From NCBI GenBank assembly GCA_964016885.1, contig OZ024757.1, forward strand, positions 34,224,001 to 34,288,000: a stretch of 64,000 bases of DNA, read 5' to 3'. The first letter of the stretch is position 1; the number at the start of each line of letters is the position of its first letter. The position numbers were made by a program, and so were the translations under genes. Below the pieces are notes generated by a model. It ran no database searches. It had not been told where the DNA came from and saw only the letters and a list, made by a program, of their open reading frames with translations. Shown here in pieces: positions 60,023 through 64,000 of the stretch. This DNA is from Eledone cirrhosa. Lineage: Eukaryota.

Positions 60023-62937
60023 TAGTAGTAGGGTGGCAGTTTTCAGACGAAAGGGTTAATAGTGCTGACACTCAATATACTGTCAACTGTTGAGAATTAT
60101 GTCTGGTGCTTTCTTATAAAAGTGTTTCCTTATGATTTTTTACCAGTTTAAATATAAGATTTGTTTTGATTTTTTCACACCAGAAACCTTTTAGCGCTGG
60201 TTAATGATAAGTCTGAAAAAACAATCTTTAGCTCTTTAGCATTTACAATACTCTATATATGTATTTTTGCGGTAAAGGCTTTACCTCACATAATATCAAG
60301 TCTATTAGATTTTGATATTTATTTTGAGAACAATACCTTAACCTTATGAGTGGCCAGTTATGGCTAGTTTAGACAAAAAGAAGTGAGAGAATTCTGGCCG
60401 GATACAGCCAGGTTAAATGCTAATGGTTTAATTGTAGTCATCCTAAAAGCTGTTAGAATTTGAAGGAACAGATTTTAGATGTTAGGGTTTTGACTGTTAA
60501 CCAAAGCTAAAAAGTTCCTGACATGAAAAAATAAAACAGATTTTATATTCACCGATGAGAGACTCTGAAGACTGAAAATTTCAATAATAAAATACTACGT
60601 TTTAATTCTTTATATGCATTGTTTGGGCCTGCAATCATTTAAAATTATTATATTGTCACAGTGCTTTCAAAAACTGCCTTCAAGCTCATTTTATATATTT
60701 ATAAAATGTTATTGAATAATTGTATTGAATGCAAATTCTGTCGATGCTAAAAATCATATTTGATTATTTTTTGTAATCCCTCCAAAAACCCTGTATAATA
60801 TAACATGTTACAGTAATCTTATTTTGGGAATTGTAATTTTGAATTAATTATTAAGATTCTATTAATTTAATAATTAAATATATATTTTTGTTGTTGCTGT
60901 TGCTTTTTGTTTAGAAATATGATAAAACCAAATAAAAACATTTGAAGTTTTTCCCTCCCCACTCCACTAACTACATGTTTAACCCTTTAACATTTAAACC
61001 AGATGTATCCAGCCAGAATTCTCTCACCCCTTTCTTTTCAAACCGGCTGTAACCGTCTAACCCATGCTAGCGTGGAAGATGGATGTTAAACGATGATGAT
61101 GATGATAATATATCATCATCATCGGCATATATAAATATATATACATACACACACACATATTGTAATCATCATTTCTGTTTATCGTCAATTCTTCGATGCT
61201 TGCATGGGTTAGATGGGTTGTCCATACCGGGAGGTAAGTCTGGCTATGGCTGGCCATGTCTCACCTTGCTCTGACGAGGACTATAAATTTGGCAGGGTAT
61301 TTTACAGCTGGATTTATATATATATGCAAAAAGTAAACAGAAATAACAAAGCAAACGACACAGTAAAACAAAGAAATATATTAGTTTAACACTTGAGGCA
61401 GTAAGAAAAGAGTCTTAATGTTTCGGACACTAGTCCTTCATCAGACAATAGAATGAGAAATAGAAAGATAGTCAGCTATTTTAGAGAAAAAAATATGTAT
61501 AGTGATGTATATAAAGTAAAGACTGTACTATATATAGTAGTATATATATAAGATAGATACTGTATTATATATAAAGTGATTGTACTATATATAATAATGT
61601 ACTTGTATGTAGTATAGAGCTTGTACTATATATAGTGATAATATATACAAGTTTAATACTTGTGATATATCTATAGGATATATATCAACTAGTGATATAT
61701 ATATATATAGGATTGCATGCATGGTCCCGTAACTCCTGATGGAGTCATAGGAGCACCATAATGGCGTTTCTAGAGCATTTTAAGTTTAGCGGAGCCCATT
61801 CCTCTGCAGAGAAGGAATGAAATTTAGAAAGATATACAGAGGAATAATTGACCCCAGTACTAAACTGTTACTTTTTTATTGACCTCAAAAAGATAAAAGG
61901 CAAAGTTGACCTTGGCTGGATTTGAGCTCAGAGAGCAGAAAACCGGATGAATATCACAAAGTATTATATATGGGATAGAATGTCAACTAAATATACTGTA
62001 TTGTCTTTCCCTAGAATAACATCACATATAGTGTGTATATGAGTTACAGTGATACAGGTGCCAAGCTTTCCCTTTCCCTTAGATGATATCGGTGGGGCGT
62101 AGAGAGAGCATGTGTAATTTGTGGAAATGGGGAGGGCTAAATTGGCCACGGAACTTAAATTGCAACCTCAACTTACTACTAATACCACTGGTATGACTAC
62201 AACTGCTTCTACTATTACTACTGCTAATAATAATAATAATACCACTGGTACTACTAATACTGCTGGTACGACTACTGCTGCTTGTACTACTAAATTTATC
62301 AAGTTTCATTGAAGGTATTTTTTATAACTTGTTATTAATTAGAAATTGCTAGTGTGTGTATATATATATATGTACAGTATTATTAATAATAATACTTAGC
62401 TATGTCCAATGTGTATTTTTTCTTATGTTTACTATATTGTCGTAGTGTAAGTATTAGTTTGATTATACATATGGACACATTTGTAAGGTATTAAATGATT
62501 TAAGAAATTTATTCTATCTTCACAATTTGTTATATATGTATTTATATATTTCTTTCTTCTGGTCGGTTTTGTAACAGGTTGAGGGTTCATCTGGGCAGGT
62601 TGCTGGCTCTCCACAGAACAGTCGGATGGTGGGGCTGCCATCTTGGTGGCTAGCCAGCACTCTGCGAATCACCATTGGTTTGGAACCTACCTGAGAGACC
62701 GGCTCACCTAGAATGGTCCTACAAGGAGCAAAGCTCCAGACGGCAATGCTCTCTTGGATTTACAGAACACACAAGGCCAGACCCAAGAGTGCTACACACA
62801 CACACACATAACAAAGAGGGTGTGGTAAGATACCAGGTGAACCATAATACACCAGAGTACTCAATACTTAGGGTAGTAGAGTGGGTAATAGGAAAAGAGT
62901 CAGGACTCTTTTCCTATATATATATACACTCACACAC

Positions 62938-63490
62938 ATTAGAAGCTGTAGACAGCTTCTGCTACCTAGGTGACTAAATAAGCAGCAGAGGTGGGTGTTC
63001 TGAAAGTACAGTAGCCAGAGTGAGAATGGGATGGACGAAGTTCAGAGAGCTACTACCACGGCTAGCTTCAAAAGGCTTTTCCCTCAAAATGAAAGGCAGA
63101 TTGTATGGTGCATGTATACGAGCAGCAATGTTGTCTGGTAGTGAGGCCTGGGTGCTGTGTGCAGAGAACTTACGAAGATTGGAAAGAAATGGAGCTTGCA
63201 TGCTTCATTGGATGTGTAATAGCAATATATGTGAACAGCAAAGCATAAACGAACTGAGAGAGAACCTAGGCATGAGAGGAATTAGATGCAGTGTGCAGGA
63301 GAGGAGATTGCATTGGTATGGACATGTGATACATATGAAGGATGGATGACTGCTGTATAAAAAGGTGCAGAATGGAAGCTATGAAGTAGGAAGACTTGGG
63401 ATGAGGTGATAAAAGCTTGCACTGAAAGGTGATGACACAGGACCAGGATTTCTGGCGTTATGCAGTAATAGAGAAGACCCGCTTTCCCAT
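62938..63490 (+). mobile_element. RTE LINE fragment (same family as 40985-41972)
   Basis: EAVDSFCYLG, GSEAW, RRLHWYGHV; stops present. Confidence 0.85.
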
Positions 63491-63707
63491 GAGCACAGAA
63501 CACTAGAAAGAATTATTTTGAAATTTTTAAAACCATTTCCCATTGGAATCACTTTAGAATGCATCTTTTTAATTTTATTTTTGATTTTTATTATTTTTTT
63601 CTGTTTCAATTTCTTTTCTATTTTTATTTTTTATTACATTTTTTTATATATATTTTTCTTTTTCATTTCATTTATATTTTCGTATTTTTATTTTATTTCA
63701 ATTTTAG

Positions 63708-64000
63708 AGTCGCCACGGTCTTCACCGCGATCTCTCAACCGACAACGACACATTCACAGAGGGGAACGTCAGAGCACACCAAAACATGACATTGTAATAG
63801 TGGCAGAGGGCGGGCCTTTGCAGAAGGATCCCGACCCTGAACAGACCAAACTGAATGCCATCCCTGTCTTTCAACCAGTGATCAAGAAATCCATTAATGG
63901 GGGCCGAGGAGAAATGGAATACATAGACAAATTAGACCACCGCCAGGTGCTGTTGCTCTGTTTACGGTACCAGCAGCACTTGAAGCAGTTGTCAGAAGCT
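63708..64000 (+). CDS. BORCS5: BORCS5 coding exon, runs off the window (..HDIVIVAEG..DPEQTKLNAIPVFQPVIK..KLDHRQVLLLCLRYQQHLKQLSEA)
   Basis: attttag acceptor, phase 1; close match to BORCS5 DIVVVAQG / IPTFQPLLK / KLDSQQVLQLCLRYQDHL. Confidence 0.92.

Overview
Repeat-rich, AT-rich animal genomic DNA, most likely octopus/cephalopod (inferred from the long (TA)n tracts and the SINE/RTE families). The + strand carries the 5'-truncated body of a phospholipase D1/2-type gene: 24 phase-compatible GT-AG exons from 1010 to 36722, encoding PX, PH, two HKD motifs, an unusually long loop and the C-terminal ...PTVLWT*. It also carries the start of BORCS5/myrlysin (MGSEQS..., exons 54585-54699 and 63708 to the window end). 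On the - strand, head-to-head with BORCS5, lies an intronless 724-aa orphan ORF built from an N-terminal coiled-coil-like region and 18.5 copies of a 26-aa repeat. The rest is SINEs, RTE/CRE/Tx1 LINE fragments, mariner/hAT/piggyBac-type MITEs and microsatellites. The most striking hidden signal is a dispersed set of short, mostly (TA)n-embedded elements, often fold-backs, that carry minimal type I hammerhead ribozyme motifs (intact and decayed). They occur alongside a Naiad-type Penelope relic that has TGA at a conserved Cys position. All calls were made by eye; no searches were run.
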